From Mytilus trossulus (taxonomy: Eukaryota), in the NCBI RefSeq assembly GCF_036588685.1, contig NC_086373.1, positions 99,696,001-99,760,000 of the forward strand: 64,000 nucleotides of DNA, in the 5' to 3' direction. Shown here in pieces: positions 1-12,611 of this stretch (position 1 is the stretch's first letter; the number at the start of each line of letters is the position of its first letter). Under the pieces are notes generated by a model. It ran no database searches, was not told where the DNA came from, and saw only the letters and a program-made list of their open reading frames with translations. The translations under genes and the position numbers were made by a program.

Positions 1-560
1 TCCCATGATTGACAATTAGACTTGATAACCCCAAAACATAACAGTTGTTAATGCACCAAAAAAGGTCTTCAGCCAGTTGTTATCCCCTATTTTGACAACT
101 ACCCACTAGCTGTAAGACCTGATTTTATCGTTGACAACACAATGCCGGATCCTTTAAGAGCCATAACTACCTACCTCCAAGGAGAAGTCTTCTGTAATAA
201 TATCGGAATGCATCTCCCATGATTGACAATTAGAAAAAAACATAACAGTTGTTAATACACCAAGAACGTTCTTCAGTCAGTTGTTGTCCCCTATTTTAAC
301 TAGCCACTACCTCCATGGGGAAGCCTTGACTTCTCTTTAGTGTCCAGCTATGAGCACGGATTTGAATCGGATTGAGTATTTTGGGACATGCAAGGTCGTA
401 GCATATCAGCATTTGAACCTCTTCTTCCAAATTTGTCTCATTTAAAAGCAGAACTGCACCGGAAATGGCTACAGCTAAGACAACAGCAAATCCAACAATT
501 GACTAGATTAACGATATGCAGGATTGATCCCGTAGATAATGATTTATGATACGATTGGCG
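1..560 (+). pseudogene. Tc1/mariner (DD34E-type) transposase C-terminal relic with internal partial duplication
   Basis: Manual translation across stops and frameshifts gives LQPVVIPYFDNYPLAVRPDFIVDN...YLHGEALTSL*CPAMSTDLNRIEYF/WDMQGR...LKAELHRKWLQLRQQQIQQL. This matches the Tc1 motifs 'DNA.PH' (degenerate) and 'WPA.SPDLNPIEH.WD'. Bases 1-~95 are repeated at ~215-300. Confidence 0.85.
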
Positions 561-1079
561 TTTGGCACCTTACCAGAATTCACATGCATTGATTGATTGG
601 TGGTATCTAAAGCTTTTAACATAACTCAGAGCTATTTCATGGTTTTATTGGTGGGTAAAGCTTCAGTGCCTGGAGAAAACCCTTGTTGGAGTGCCAAGCG
701 AAAATCCCCAACAGAGGCAGGAAAGGCTAGAAGTTAATTGCAGTCAAATTCTTAATATCAGAGTTGACAGGTTAGTGACCCTGTAGACGAATTATGAACA
801 AATTCCATAAGGTATATAATCAGCAATAAAAGTTTCCGATATGACAAAATTTGAAACAATTCATCCTGAAAACTTACGACAGAACGTAAGCTACACAATT
901 TGCGTTCAACAAGTATGAACCTACGACAAGACTGAATCTTAGTCTATGCACATGTTTGTGTTCGCCCAAAACTATGTACAACTTGATAATAGACTTTCTG
1001 TTTTGAATTTTCTTCAGAGCTTGATATTTTTGTGATTTTATTTTTTTCTTAATATGGGTATCTGGAGACTTAGCTTTGA

Positions 1080-1278
1080 TCATATAGCACAGCATTGAAA
1101 ACACTCAGTGCATGTGAATCTATCCCATTTATTGGAAGAAGATTCCGCTTCAGGGTGGTTCTTTGATATTAGCATTTGTTTTATTCGAGAGTGCATCTCG
1201 GACTTCATGTCTATTGGTGTGACTTTCGTTTGGTCTCACTTTATCATTGGCATCCACATTTTCAAAGTAATGACGGAT
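1080..1278 (-). other. candidate (pseudo)terminal exon
   Basis: Pyrimidine-rich acceptor ttttctacactttactag. One frame reads IRHYFENVDANDKV...NIKEPP*. Another reads ...MIK*DQTKVTPIDMKSEMHSRIKQMLISKNHPEAESSSNKWDRFTCTECFQCCAI*. No homology recognised. Confidence 0.2.
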
Positions 1279-3714
1279 CTAGTAAAGTGTAGAAAATCGG
1301 TTGCTTCTACTGACAGAAGTAGAATAAGAGATTTTCTTAATTCAGATGATGAAAATGGTTTCATCAAAATAAGTATACATACAGATAAAGAAGTTCTATT
1401 GATATAAGAACGGAGAACAATCAAACATAAAGCTTCTACCAATATGACTGCCCGCCTTAACCAATTGAAATATCAAAACTATTTATGATAATCCTGGACG
1501 TCTGCCTTTATAACTTTAGGATATCATTTAAAATCAATGTGTGTGTATAACCACCCATCTATGCATGATGTTGGTAAATTATCTTGTTTTTTTTAAAAAG
1601 TAAACATGCGCAGTCCTGATCCTTTGTGGCTTGAGAAATGAATGTCTTGTAGTTCCCTTTTCCGATCTCATAATCTACAATCTAAAATATAAATAGTCAA
1701 GCGAAGATCCCTTTTCAAGTTGAATCTGGAAAGCGAAGACTATGTTTTTTAACAATCTTATATTTTTATTCATCAAATATTGCTTGTTACAAAAACTATC
1801 AAACAAGCTTCTCTTTACTTAACCTTGGTACACTCCACACACCATAAGGCCAATATTTTGTTTATGTACAGGCTTATAAGTTCTACAGAAAAAGATGTAT
1901 TTCTCCCACATAATTCCTTTGGTAATTATGCACCATTACTACAATATTTGCCAACAGATAAATATTGAATAAGTTATAAGTAGAGGATTTATTTCCGACT
2001 TCATAATCCAATCAAGTTTCAGAACGTTTCGACTGGTAGCTGCAGCACAGAAGATTCTTCTCCAACCAGAAGACGGACTCTTGCAGCCATATTTCAAATG
2101 AAGATTATGTGTAGAGGATATATTATACACCATTCCTTTATAGTTAATTTTCGGAAAGATTTTTTTTAAATGAAAACTATTTGCCACAAATACCCTAAAT
2201 CCTGCCACAGGAGCGTTAAGGGCATTTCAATCATAAATCCCAGGTGGAACAGATTTGTTAAAATTAGCATAGGACCTAAATCAGAGATTATTATTAAAAA
2301 TTGGTTTAAGAAAAAAAGGTCAAAATAGGAAAAGTCATAGACGATAAAAGACAAGTAGACTAAAAGAACCGGGAATTTACGTGAACGCTATTCTAGTATT
2401 AATTTGTAATGTCTTTCACAGAAAAACAGAATAAACGACGTACGGTAGGTTGACCCTAAAGACAGTTTTCTGCGAAAGATATTCTAGAAAAATCATCTTC
2501 TTTTAAATAGAAATAGGAGATGGATACCAAGTGGACTAAAAAACGAATGTTCTGTGAGAGATATTCTTGTATTAATCTGGGGTGTTTTTCACCTGTTTTA
2601 ATCTTAAATAGAAGTGTCTTTCACAGAAATAGAACATTGTCTATATATGCGTAATAAGTTATCTTTATTTTCAAATACTGCCACGATGATAATGTGTATA
2701 TATATCTTTTTAATTTGTAGCGTGTATTTGCTCGATTAGATCAACGCTTTATTTTGCTTGTCTGATTTGCTGTTATTTCAAACAAAAACAATAATCGTCC
2801 CCACGAATGGTATGACGCACATTGAAAAGTATATATACGGCATAAGCTGTAAAACAAATGTAGCAAAACACAAATAAAAACTAAGTAAGATATAAATTAC
2901 TATTCTAAATAATTGTGTTATTCAGTATCGATTCTCGCTTCCCAAGAATCAAAGGCCAAAGCAAGGTCTGGATAATAACAAAACTTGAGTACTAATGATC
3001 CACAGAAATAGACTTCTCTGCAATACAACAATTGATTTCACCATACAATTTACTTTAATGATATTTCGTTAACTTTGAAATAATTTCAAAGCTTTGTTAA
3101 CAAGAACATTAATTCAGGATGCAATCACACCGTGGTTTAGTACTTATTTTAAACCAATAGGATCTGTCTTGTAATGCCAACCATTACTGATATTTAAAAC
3201 GATCTGAAAACCATTGTCGAATTTACATCAAGCTAAAATTTAAATGTATCAACCAATTCGCAGGGGAACAAATTCATAATTAAAGTCGAAATTGAAACTT
3301 GATGAGAGTGTCAAATAATTGACATCTTAAGTAATCGAATAGACAAAGAAGGTTACCGAAACTTTCAAGTTCTGTAAGATCATTTACGGTTTTTTTCTAG
3401 GTTGATTAATGAAAACTAGATATAGCGTATAACTCATTTAAATTATATTGACCTTTAACAAAAAGTAGGATTCGTGTTTCGTGCGATCTCATTATTTGTT
3501 GCATTTCATTTTTTGGAATCGAATACTGCATGTTATTAACATCAAGAAGCGTACAGTTATTTTATCTTTGAAAATTATAAATCGACAAAATTATATTGTT
3601 TTCATTTATAAATATCAGGATATATAGGTTTCCAGCAATGGCATATTTTTATTATGAACAAAAGGAGATATGTGGTTTACTTCGATGTTCAAGTTTAATC
3701 TCATACTTTTTAGT

Positions 3715-4335
3715 TATATACTTTTTTGGATGTCTACGGAGTCAAACGTGCAGGGTTCGAACCAACAACATCAAAGCTGACAAGCTAGTAATACATGTAA
3801 CTGTAGATGAACTACCTATATCAATTGGCAACCGAGGCCACCACATTTTTTGGAGTCCCGAAAATAAAAGCTTATGATAGATCTTTATAAAGCTCTTTTC
3901 AAATGGGGACCAAAGAAGTGTCAGCAAATCCCGAATAAGATTTGATATTCATGTAATTTATTATAATTCCAGCCTCGAAGTTAGAGGTGATTAGATTAAA
4001 GCATACGGGATAAACCCCTGATACCAATCTTAACATTTGAACGCAATGTTTATTGCGTTTACTGAATATTTATAACTGGACATGACTGTCGATAAAAGTC
4101 TTGAAGGAATGAAATATTGCGTTAATTTGGGACCTACGTATATATTGATATCTATTGCTGGTGAATGTGGGATGCCTTAATTACAGCAATAATCAACAAG
4201 ATGAACTGTTGGGTTTTACGGAATGATTTGCTGTACTGTTGCAAATATTCTAAACGAAAGGGCAGAATATTACAATGACTCAAAGAAGGATATCTACAAC
4301 CACGGGACAGTTTTGACAAGGCAAGCAAAATGAGA
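3715..4335 (+). pseudogene. possible decayed secreted-protein gene fragment (weak Sushi/CCP-like traces)
   Basis: An acceptor is followed by hydrophobic IYFFGCLRSQTC. The same frame continues through several stops to ECGMP...CCTVANILNERAEYYNDSKKDIYNHGTVL. The resemblance to a Sushi domain is subjective. Confidence 0.15.
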
Positions 4336-5831
4336 AGAAATGAATTGCTACAAACTGTGGCCTCGGTGAAGGATTTTCATTCTTACTGACAGCATATCCA
4401 TGTATCGGAATAAATTTAAGGCATAATTGTTATAATAAACTTTCGTTTTTATTCTATTTATTATTCATAAGTCTGAGAACTATATGCTGATGAATGAATA
4501 TGTCACTTGGATTGATCAACTGTATTAATTTTATTTACTCATTCTATAAAAAGGTCCCGGCATTCACGATAGCAGGTGACAAATGGCTGATCTCTATTGA
4601 AGGGATCTTTTATGACATTTCATTATAAATATTTAGTTTAGTACAATCGATACAATGAAATCAAACGATGAAATATCTATAACGAATAATATAATAGAAA
4701 TAGAATAATCCTTAACAAAACACAACATCGTGTATAAATCAAGCGAAAATGTTTTATTATACGAGCCAAGTAACACTTTGATTAATGCAGCTAAAGCCCC
4801 TAAAGCACTCGCATCCTACATATATATGTGCGTGTTGGTAGGAGTTTTCTTCTAGATTCTAGTTTGATTTCACTGTCTGAGACAGTTTATAAATTACTGA
4901 CTACACATTTATATGTACGTGAGTTATGTGGTGGATGAAAATAAAGAGTACCTTGCAAGCATTTCACATCTAGATTATCTTAGAGCATTTTCATGTTTTC
5001 TTTTAAAAGATTTATTCTATGGGGATTACAGTGAGATAAGTTTGTATATTTTCCATCCTAAATTTACAGAAATTTACTGACCCTCGAGACCACAGAATGA
5101 CGTCATTTTAAGTCAATGTTTTGTTTATTTGCCGGTAATATGGATTTGTGTGTTCCCAATATTTATGGCGGTCTTCAGGGATTAATGACAATAAAACAAG
5201 TTCGTCTATTTAGTCGGAAGGGTAGGGTGCTATTGGTTAGCGTGGTATGTTGTATATTAACCAATATCTATGTTATTCATGTTATCCATTTCATGTGATA
5301 TAATATATTAGTCAGACATATGTCAGTTGTTGTCTATTCATGTGTTTTATCATTTAATTTTGCCATTTGATTAGAGACTTTCCGTTTTGAATTTTCCTCG
5401 GAGTTCCTTATTTTTGTAATTTTACTTTACATTTCTGTACATATAGTTTTAGAACATGGCTCTAAACATTTCAGTTTGAATTTGGTATCTATAAACTGTA
5501 TGCTTTCTATCAATTTTTTCTTGTGCTAAGCAATCAGAATCAAAATAATAATGTCGATAAAACAAATAGGTTTTCTAAAATATTGCAATGCATACAAAAC
5601 AAGTCATTTATCGGATTCTATGGTTTTCAGGTTTCGTATTTATAGTTTAATTTGGTATCTAGTTGGAAATACAATGTCAATGAATATTTCATTGGCACTA
5701 TTCCCGCTTAATTAATTTTTGACATTTTCCATAAAATTCATTTCTTGTTTTCTGTAACAGACGATCCCATGATATTATTCTGCACACAACTATACAAAAC
5801 TTCACATTCAATTAATTGATAATTTGACATG

Positions 5832-6019
5832 AATCGTAATTTACCGATAATCGCCGATTAGCAATGCCATTTTGGTTTATTGCAGGTACGATCAATCGTA
5901 ATTTACCGATAATCGCCGATTAGCAATGCCATTTTGGTTTATTGCAGGTACGATCAATCGTAATTTACCGATAATCGCCGATTAGCAATGCCATTTTGGT
6001 TTATTGCAGGTACGATCAA
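5832..6019. repeat. 62-bp unit x3, near-perfect tandem repeat
   Basis: aatcgtaatttaccgataatcgccgattagcaatgccattttggtttattgcaggtacgatc starts at 5832, 5894 and 5956. Confidence 0.95.
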
Positions 6020-6568
6020 ACGTAGATTACCGTTTAATAATATATACATCAATGTTGTGTTAACCAAAAAGTCATTTAATTGTGATGAAAAAAATTGCAC
6101 TGAAGTAAAAACACATTATAGCTGCATTACCATTAGTTATATCAGTGAATTTTTGTCATCCTCAGCGACGATTTATGCCCAGACAAAATTACCCCAGCGG
6201 ATTTTATAACTGATAATATGTCGCATTTCTCGTTAGTTATTTGGTATATGTGCAAAACAAAACACGCTTGAAGTCTCTCAAGGCAAAAATTACATCGGTT
6301 CGTTGTACTTTTTATTATAAATATGTACTTCTGATATAAATTTTGACAGTGTCTGTAACTTGTTAAGATTATTAGAAAAATCATGAAAGATTGACTTGTC
6401 ACTTATTATCTACAAAAAACAGGATAAATGATGTGTTGTAGCAGTTATTGTCAACAACTTGTTTTAAATGCCAAAAAAGACCATAAATCATACAACTAAC
6501 AACAATTCAATAAGGGGTGCAATTGTCCATACAAATCTGTTGTACTCGTACTTCGGATTGAAGCCATA

Positions 6569-6786
6569 TACTGTGGATGCATTATTATTCGTTGGATACC
6601 AATTTTCGTGGGTTATGTGGGTACATATGAGCTGCGAATTCAAATGTTCAACGAATAGTAAATATTTAAAAAAAAGGCTTTGTATGTATATATTTACAAA
6701 ACCACGAAATCTAATACCCACGAAAATGCAAGTTTTTCTGTATCCACGAAAATTGATACCCACGAAAATAAATAACTTTACAATAT
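6569..6786. mobile_element. degenerate TIR MITE (probably Tc1/mariner-derived, TA-flanked)
   Basis: Ends are tactgtgga... and ...tttacaata. Inverted subterminal motifs are taccaattttcgtgg / ccacgaaaattgata, with repeated ccacgaaa. Confidence 0.55.
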
Positions 6787-6944
6787 ATGAGAAGCTCGTG
6801 TTGCTCGGTGTTTAGTTTTCTATGTTGTGCTTTGTATACTTTTGTTTGACTTTTTGGTCGTTTTTCTGTCAGTTTATTTTTCGCCATGACATTGCCAGTT
6901 TGTTATCTACTTATAGGAGTTTGAATATCCCGTTCGTAGCTTCC

Positions 6945-6966
6945 GTCTCTCTCTCTCTCTCTCTCT
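6945..6966. repeat. (CT)n microsatellite
   Basis: Run of tc dinucleotides. Confidence 0.9.
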
Positions 6967-9820
6967 TTTCTTTTTTTAACTACTCATTTTGAAACTGTTT
7001 CTGTATAAATCTCAGATACTCAGAAATACACCTTAGAAAATCATTATTAGAAAGCGGCGTTATTCTACTTAATATGACATGACGATTGCGATGGCTATTA
7101 TCACATACATATCCATATTAAGCTACAATTTGCGCAGGTAATGCAAATCAAATTGTAAGCAGTCAATAAAAGTATACCGATAAGCCATTATAATGTTTTC
7201 CTCGTGCGACCGAGCTTATAACTCTAAATAAGCCTTGGAAAAAAGATATGGGCTGCTTATTTATTGAAATATAGTTGTTGCGACTAAAGACTGATTGACA
7301 TTCTTGATATACAATAATTATTTCAATATTCGACAATTTGTAAAAACTAACACTTGTAAAAAAAATATACCAAGCTTATAATCTTATACATTTAAAATCC
7401 GAAACGTCAATTATGATGGACTATGATCATATGATAACACTAGCAAAAGCATAAAACATCATATTTGACTAAATACAGCACAAACAATACACCTCCAACA
7501 AAAAAATATCGTTTATCTACAGAACACTAGTAATTGCAGCAAAGAATCATTGCATTATGAGTATTTCGAATAAAATAAAACGAATACGGAAAAAATTTAG
7601 GGTTTTTCTCCAGTATCATTGACATGGGTTGTATACCATATTTAGATCGAAAGAGAGGCATAAAATGACTAAGGCATAATAAAATCATAAGTCGAAGACA
7701 AAATGACAACGCCATAGAATTAAAACGAACAACAGCCTAAAGAAAACCAGGTTCAAACCACCATTGCAAATGGTCATTGTTATATTAAAGTTCGTTTTTG
7801 TGTGTGTTACTTTTTAGTGTTGTGTTTCTGTTGTGTCGTAGTTCTCCTCTTATATTTGATGTGTTTCCTTCAGTTTTAGTTTTTAACCCGGATTTGATTT
7901 TTCCTCAATCGTTTTTATGAATTTCGAACAGCGGTATACGACTGTTGCCTTTATATAAAAAGTATTGAACTAAACAAAAAGCAACTCGAAAAACTGTGGG
8001 AGGGGATGTCAGTTGTTTTGGTAGGTTCAGCAGATCCTGCTTAATATGTAAAATTTGAAAACATCGAGATTTCAGTCCGTATTCTTTATTGGTGAAGCTC
8101 AACGTATCTTAAAACCTCCGGACTAAAATAACAACTAAGGTACTCGTTGTAATGTTTAAAGTGAGTTATGATGGTCATATTCTGATAAAAAGAATCATTT
8201 CGTTTAAGAAAATTAAACAAGTGTGAGTTCAACCTATCATAAAAAAACTATTTTCAACAAACACTGTTCTTTAAAGCATCATTTTATTTAATGCCGTCAA
8301 ATATTAGGTGTTGTAAATGTTTCGACCAACGAGAAAGTAGATACCTTATCAATGCTAAGTCAAACGACAGTTGTTGTCCATTCCCTTAACGTGTTTTACC
8401 ATTTGATTTTGTATTTGATTAGGGACTTTCCGTTTTGAACTTTCCTAGTTCAGTAATTCTGTGATTTTACTTTTTTGTCCAATGACTTGACAATCGCATT
8501 CCTTAGGCATGATGTGCTGAACAATCGTTGCAAGTTTCTAAGAAGAAAATCATCTAAGACGAAAGAGCGTCTAATTTTCTTTTTTTTTTTCACCTTCATA
8601 ATCACATTCATTTTATTTTGTAAGTCATATTAGAACATATTCGAACGGTTTAATACTAGCTAATATTTCAATTCAATATATTGTTAATATATAGGTAAGA
8701 AATAATGACATATTGCAACTATGTGTGCTACTGAATACTAAGAAGAAACAAATTCAAAACAAATCTCGCTTTACAAATATATATATATATATTAATTTTC
8801 GAATAAACACACGTAACATATGTATTTAAGCAGATGAATATACTCTCAATGAAAAAAATGTGGAAAATGAATGAAAAAATATGTAATAATTTTCTTATAA
8901 AATACGTGAGTCTGGCAATAAGAGGCAAATAAACAAATATAAATACGTTCTTATTGCCAAATATCAACATAAACAATACCAAATCAGAAAAACTAAAACG
9001 CAAAACAAAACAAAAAATGAAAGAGAAAAGTTGGAAACGAAGTTAAACTTCCAAAACTGTTCTTTCTACGTTAACTCTACAATTTGTTTTGGTGGATAGA
9101 AAAAATTGGAATGCATACCCATTTTATTTGAAGAAAACTATTTGTCCTTCTTAAAATAAATGTAATTTTTGTATTATGGTGACTTGTGACATGTACTAAT
9201 CAATATAATACAATTGAAAAAATTGCATCGTAAATGTTGCACCCAGTCCATTGCCACTATAAGTCACATATTTGACAAATTTAGTAAGTTCATACAGTAA
9301 AACGGACTAACTGTTGATATTATATTTCTCAGTGAATTCATGTTTTAAATAAAATTGTTCAAATATTTAGATTAAATATATAAATAATTGTTATGTTGTA
9401 ACAAACCAACTGACGTCGTATATGAAATGAATATGTATATGTATATTGTTAACTTTCTTATGTGGATAGTCATAGTCAATAACTAAGCATGATTGAAATC
9501 AATGAATTTTTTCTTCAATTAAAAGAATACCAAAATGGTAATTAGACAAGCATTATACAAAGGACAATCAGAGATAAAAAGGGACTTAATTTAGGTTTCT
9601 CGATTGTTACAAAATATGCTTAGTCTATCTGCTGGAGTTTCGTTTGAAAATCTTCCAGTTTCCATTCGTAATGGTATTTTTTTTTATTATGAACTGAGCA
9701 CTTTGAATTTAACCAATTAGTGGTCGTGGATTTTCCTCACATCAGTATCACATAACATACTTTAAGGAGGGTGTATGATGGCCATTGATGACAAATGACA
9801 ATTGCAAGAGGTAAAAGAAG

Positions 9821-10858
9821 AGAAAAGAGGGACGAAAGATACCAAAGGGACAGTCAAACTCATAAATCTAAAACAAACTGACAACGCCATGGCTAAAAAT
9901 GAAAAAGACAAACAGAAAAACAATAGTACATATGACACAACATAGAAAACTAAAGAATAAACAACACGAACCCCACCAAAAACTAGGGGTGATCTCAGGT
10001 GCTCCGGAAGGGTAAGCAGATCCTGCTCCACATGCGGCACCCGTCGTGTTGCTTATGTGATTACAAATCCGGTAAATAGTCTAATTCGGTAGGTCAAATT
10101 CATGAAAGGGAAGGTGATTGTAGTTACGACGTAAGGAACAAATCCGATATCATTTGTGAAATGGTTATTCCATAACGGTCAACCAACTTTACGAAGGGAT
10201 GATTTCAACTTCACCATTTGGAACTCTTGATTTAATAACTTCCTTGTGAGCAGTAACCCTCTATCAAGAAAATCATGATAGGAAATGCAAGCACGGGAAT
10301 ATCGTATCAATTGAGAGATATATACCCCGTATGCAGGTGCTGCTGGAATGTTGCTACTTAGAAATGGAAAGTTCACAATTGGAAAGCTGAAATCATCTCT
10401 TTTGTCGTAAAGTTTTGTCTTCAACCGACCCTCATTGTCAATTTCTAGATGTAAGTCAACATATGAAGCTTACTTAACTGTATCTGTAGTATCCTTTATC
10501 TCCAATTCGATGGGATAGATGCGTTCCACATAGTCACCAAATTTTGAATTGTTTAGTGATAGAACGTCATCTATATAGCGGAAAGTAGAGTTAAAGGATA
10601 TTGCTAACTTCTTATCTTTCTTCCTAAGAAGTTCCTGCATGAAGTCAGCCTCATAATAATAAAGAAACAAGTCAGCAAGTAGAGGGGCACAGTTTGTTCC
10701 CATTGGGATGCCGACAGTCTGTTGAAAAACACGTCCTCCGAACGTAACAAATATGTTGTCAATCAAGAAATCAATCATCTTGATAATATCGGTTTCAGAG
10801 AATTTTTTGTTTGAATCAGAGTGATTCTTTACAAAGTAGGATTTATCCCTCCCTCCCT
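9821..10858 (-). mobile_element. 5'-truncated Penelope-like retroelement (RT C-half plus 3' tail), inactivated
   Basis: ORFs 10470-10778 and 10179-10424 are one frame broken by a TAA. Motifs are QTVGIPMGTNCAPLLADLFL, FRYIDDVL and KLYDKRDDFSFPIVNFP...YGVYISQLIRY. A frameshifting deletion follows LRK. No GIY-YIG is seen downstream of RT. The 3' tail recurs elsewhere (~6790-6950, 14260-14530, 31170-31478, 32930-33270, 43420-43545). Confidence 0.9.
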
Positions 10859-11722
10859 AACTGTAACTGTATCCTTAAATAAGTGCATTCAACCTTAAAA
10901 CTAAGCGTACAAAGTGAACAATTAACCCCTGTATGTGTAACTTCTTAAATCAGCGCTGATTTGAGAAGTGTCGATGAAAAGGAAACCACGCAATGGATTA
11001 ATCACTGACAAGAATAGTATACTCTCCTTTTGTGTTGCGTTCAATTATAGAGTTCATAAAACTGTAAATCATCTAAATATAATATAATAGTTCAAAGGTA
11101 AATATGTATAAAAAAAAATCTATAAAATTAAGTTATTTATTTTTTTCAAATTAAATGCATTGCACCTTTTTGTGCTCGGCAATATCTTGACGGATATCAT
11201 ACCTTTCGCTACCCCTCCCCCTTTTCTCTCATTCTCCCCATTTCTATTAATTAATTGGCTGATTGATTTGGGATAAAGAATTTGATTGGTTTGGGATGAA
11301 GAATAAAGAAACGTCAAGTTGGCTTTTTACACAGGTTTCACCAAGTAGCATTCGAACTGCTTAATATTTTTTTTAGACGAAGGTACTATTGCAGCTTTGT
11401 ACATTTCATGGCAACTTGTCCAATTTCAATTTAAACTAAATCTGTACATCCACAGTAAAGTAGGAAGAGCAGAAAGGAAAACCACTTAAATTAGTTTAAG
11501 AAATACGGGTGAATGACTTCGTGTTTCATTAAACTTTATCCAAAATGTTAGAGAAATGCAAAAGGAACAGAATAAACCTTTTCTATCATTTCTAATGAAC
11601 GAATAACATCCTTCAAAAAGTGGTCTAACTTTGTTTGTATTGAACTTTTTCTTCTCAACATCGTTATATCTCTATTCTATAATTAATGCTGATGTCAAAT
11701 CAATATAATTAATCCAGCTTAC

Positions 11723-11767
11723 CTTGTACTACCCACATGATGAGGGGAAGACAGCGTTGACATTCGC
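11723..11767 (-). other. candidate 45-nt internal exon
   Basis: Strong acceptor ttttctttcattctttcag| and strong donor AAG|gtaagc flank a GC-richer 45 nt. Open frames are ECQRCLPLIMWVVQ or RMSTLSSPHHVGST. Confidence 0.45.
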
Positions 11768-12364
11768 CTGAAAGAATGAAAGAAAACAGTGATGATGCAA
11801 GATCCATAACTCATGTTTAAAGTTTAAATCATAATCTTGTTTCTTACAGGTTTTACAACATCTGTGACAGAAATCTATTGATTTCATATCACAAAAGGCG
11901 ACAAACTTACTTCAAGTAATTAATCGAACTAATCAAATGACTTACATGTGCGGAAACACGTCTACATCCAACATATTGTGATATTATTTGTAAGCTTGTA
12001 ACCAAGGAATAACAACTCTAAAATAAATATCTTACTCTGTTATTGAAGTTGAGTTATATCCCTTTGCGTGTACACATTTCAGCGGGTGAAATTTCCAAAG
12101 ATACACATGTACATTCTACGACTAAAACATTTTTTTTTAAATTTTATCACAAAGGTTTACATGCCCTCAATCCTGTTTTTTATGTATCGATGCTTGTAGT
12201 TTTTCATATCCATGATCATTTTTACATGAATTATCTAATTGCAATAACACGTGGTTCTTTAATAAAGATTTCACAGACAGAATCTACCCCTATCCCCGTA
12301 ATCTACGTAATTACTATGTATTTGTTTTACGTTTTTTCTATTTTCGGATATACATATATATAAA

Positions 12365-12590
12365 TGGTCATTTTTATAAAATTCCTTGTTTCAAAACTAA
12401 GGATTTTCTTCTTATTCCGGGGAATATATTACCTTAGCCGTATTTGGCACAACTGTTTGGAGTTTTGGGTCCTCAATGCTCTTCAACTTTGTACTTGTTT
12501 GGCTTGATAACTATTTTGATCTGAGCGTCATGTAGAGACTAAACGAGCGTCTGGGGTATTAAATTATAATCCCTGTACTTTTTATACCTA
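12365..12590 (+). mobile_element. decayed copy of hammerhead-retrozyme-like repeat
   Basis: Same family as 21690-22260 in the opposite orientation. It reads gagcgtca...gactaaacgagcgtctgg, with the CTGATGA core deleted. Confidence 0.6.
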
Positions 12591-12611
12591 TATGCAAAAT
12601 TCGATAGTCCC

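Noticed and set aside
9762-10040. 92-aa ORF MPHVEQDLLTLPEHLRSP...
   Set aside because: It is a translation of the retroelement's 3' tail and is not preserved in other copies.
11850-11989. plus-strand exon with PAN/apple-like Cys spacing
   Set aside because: There are stops in all three frames, and the resemblance needs a frameshift plus substitutions.
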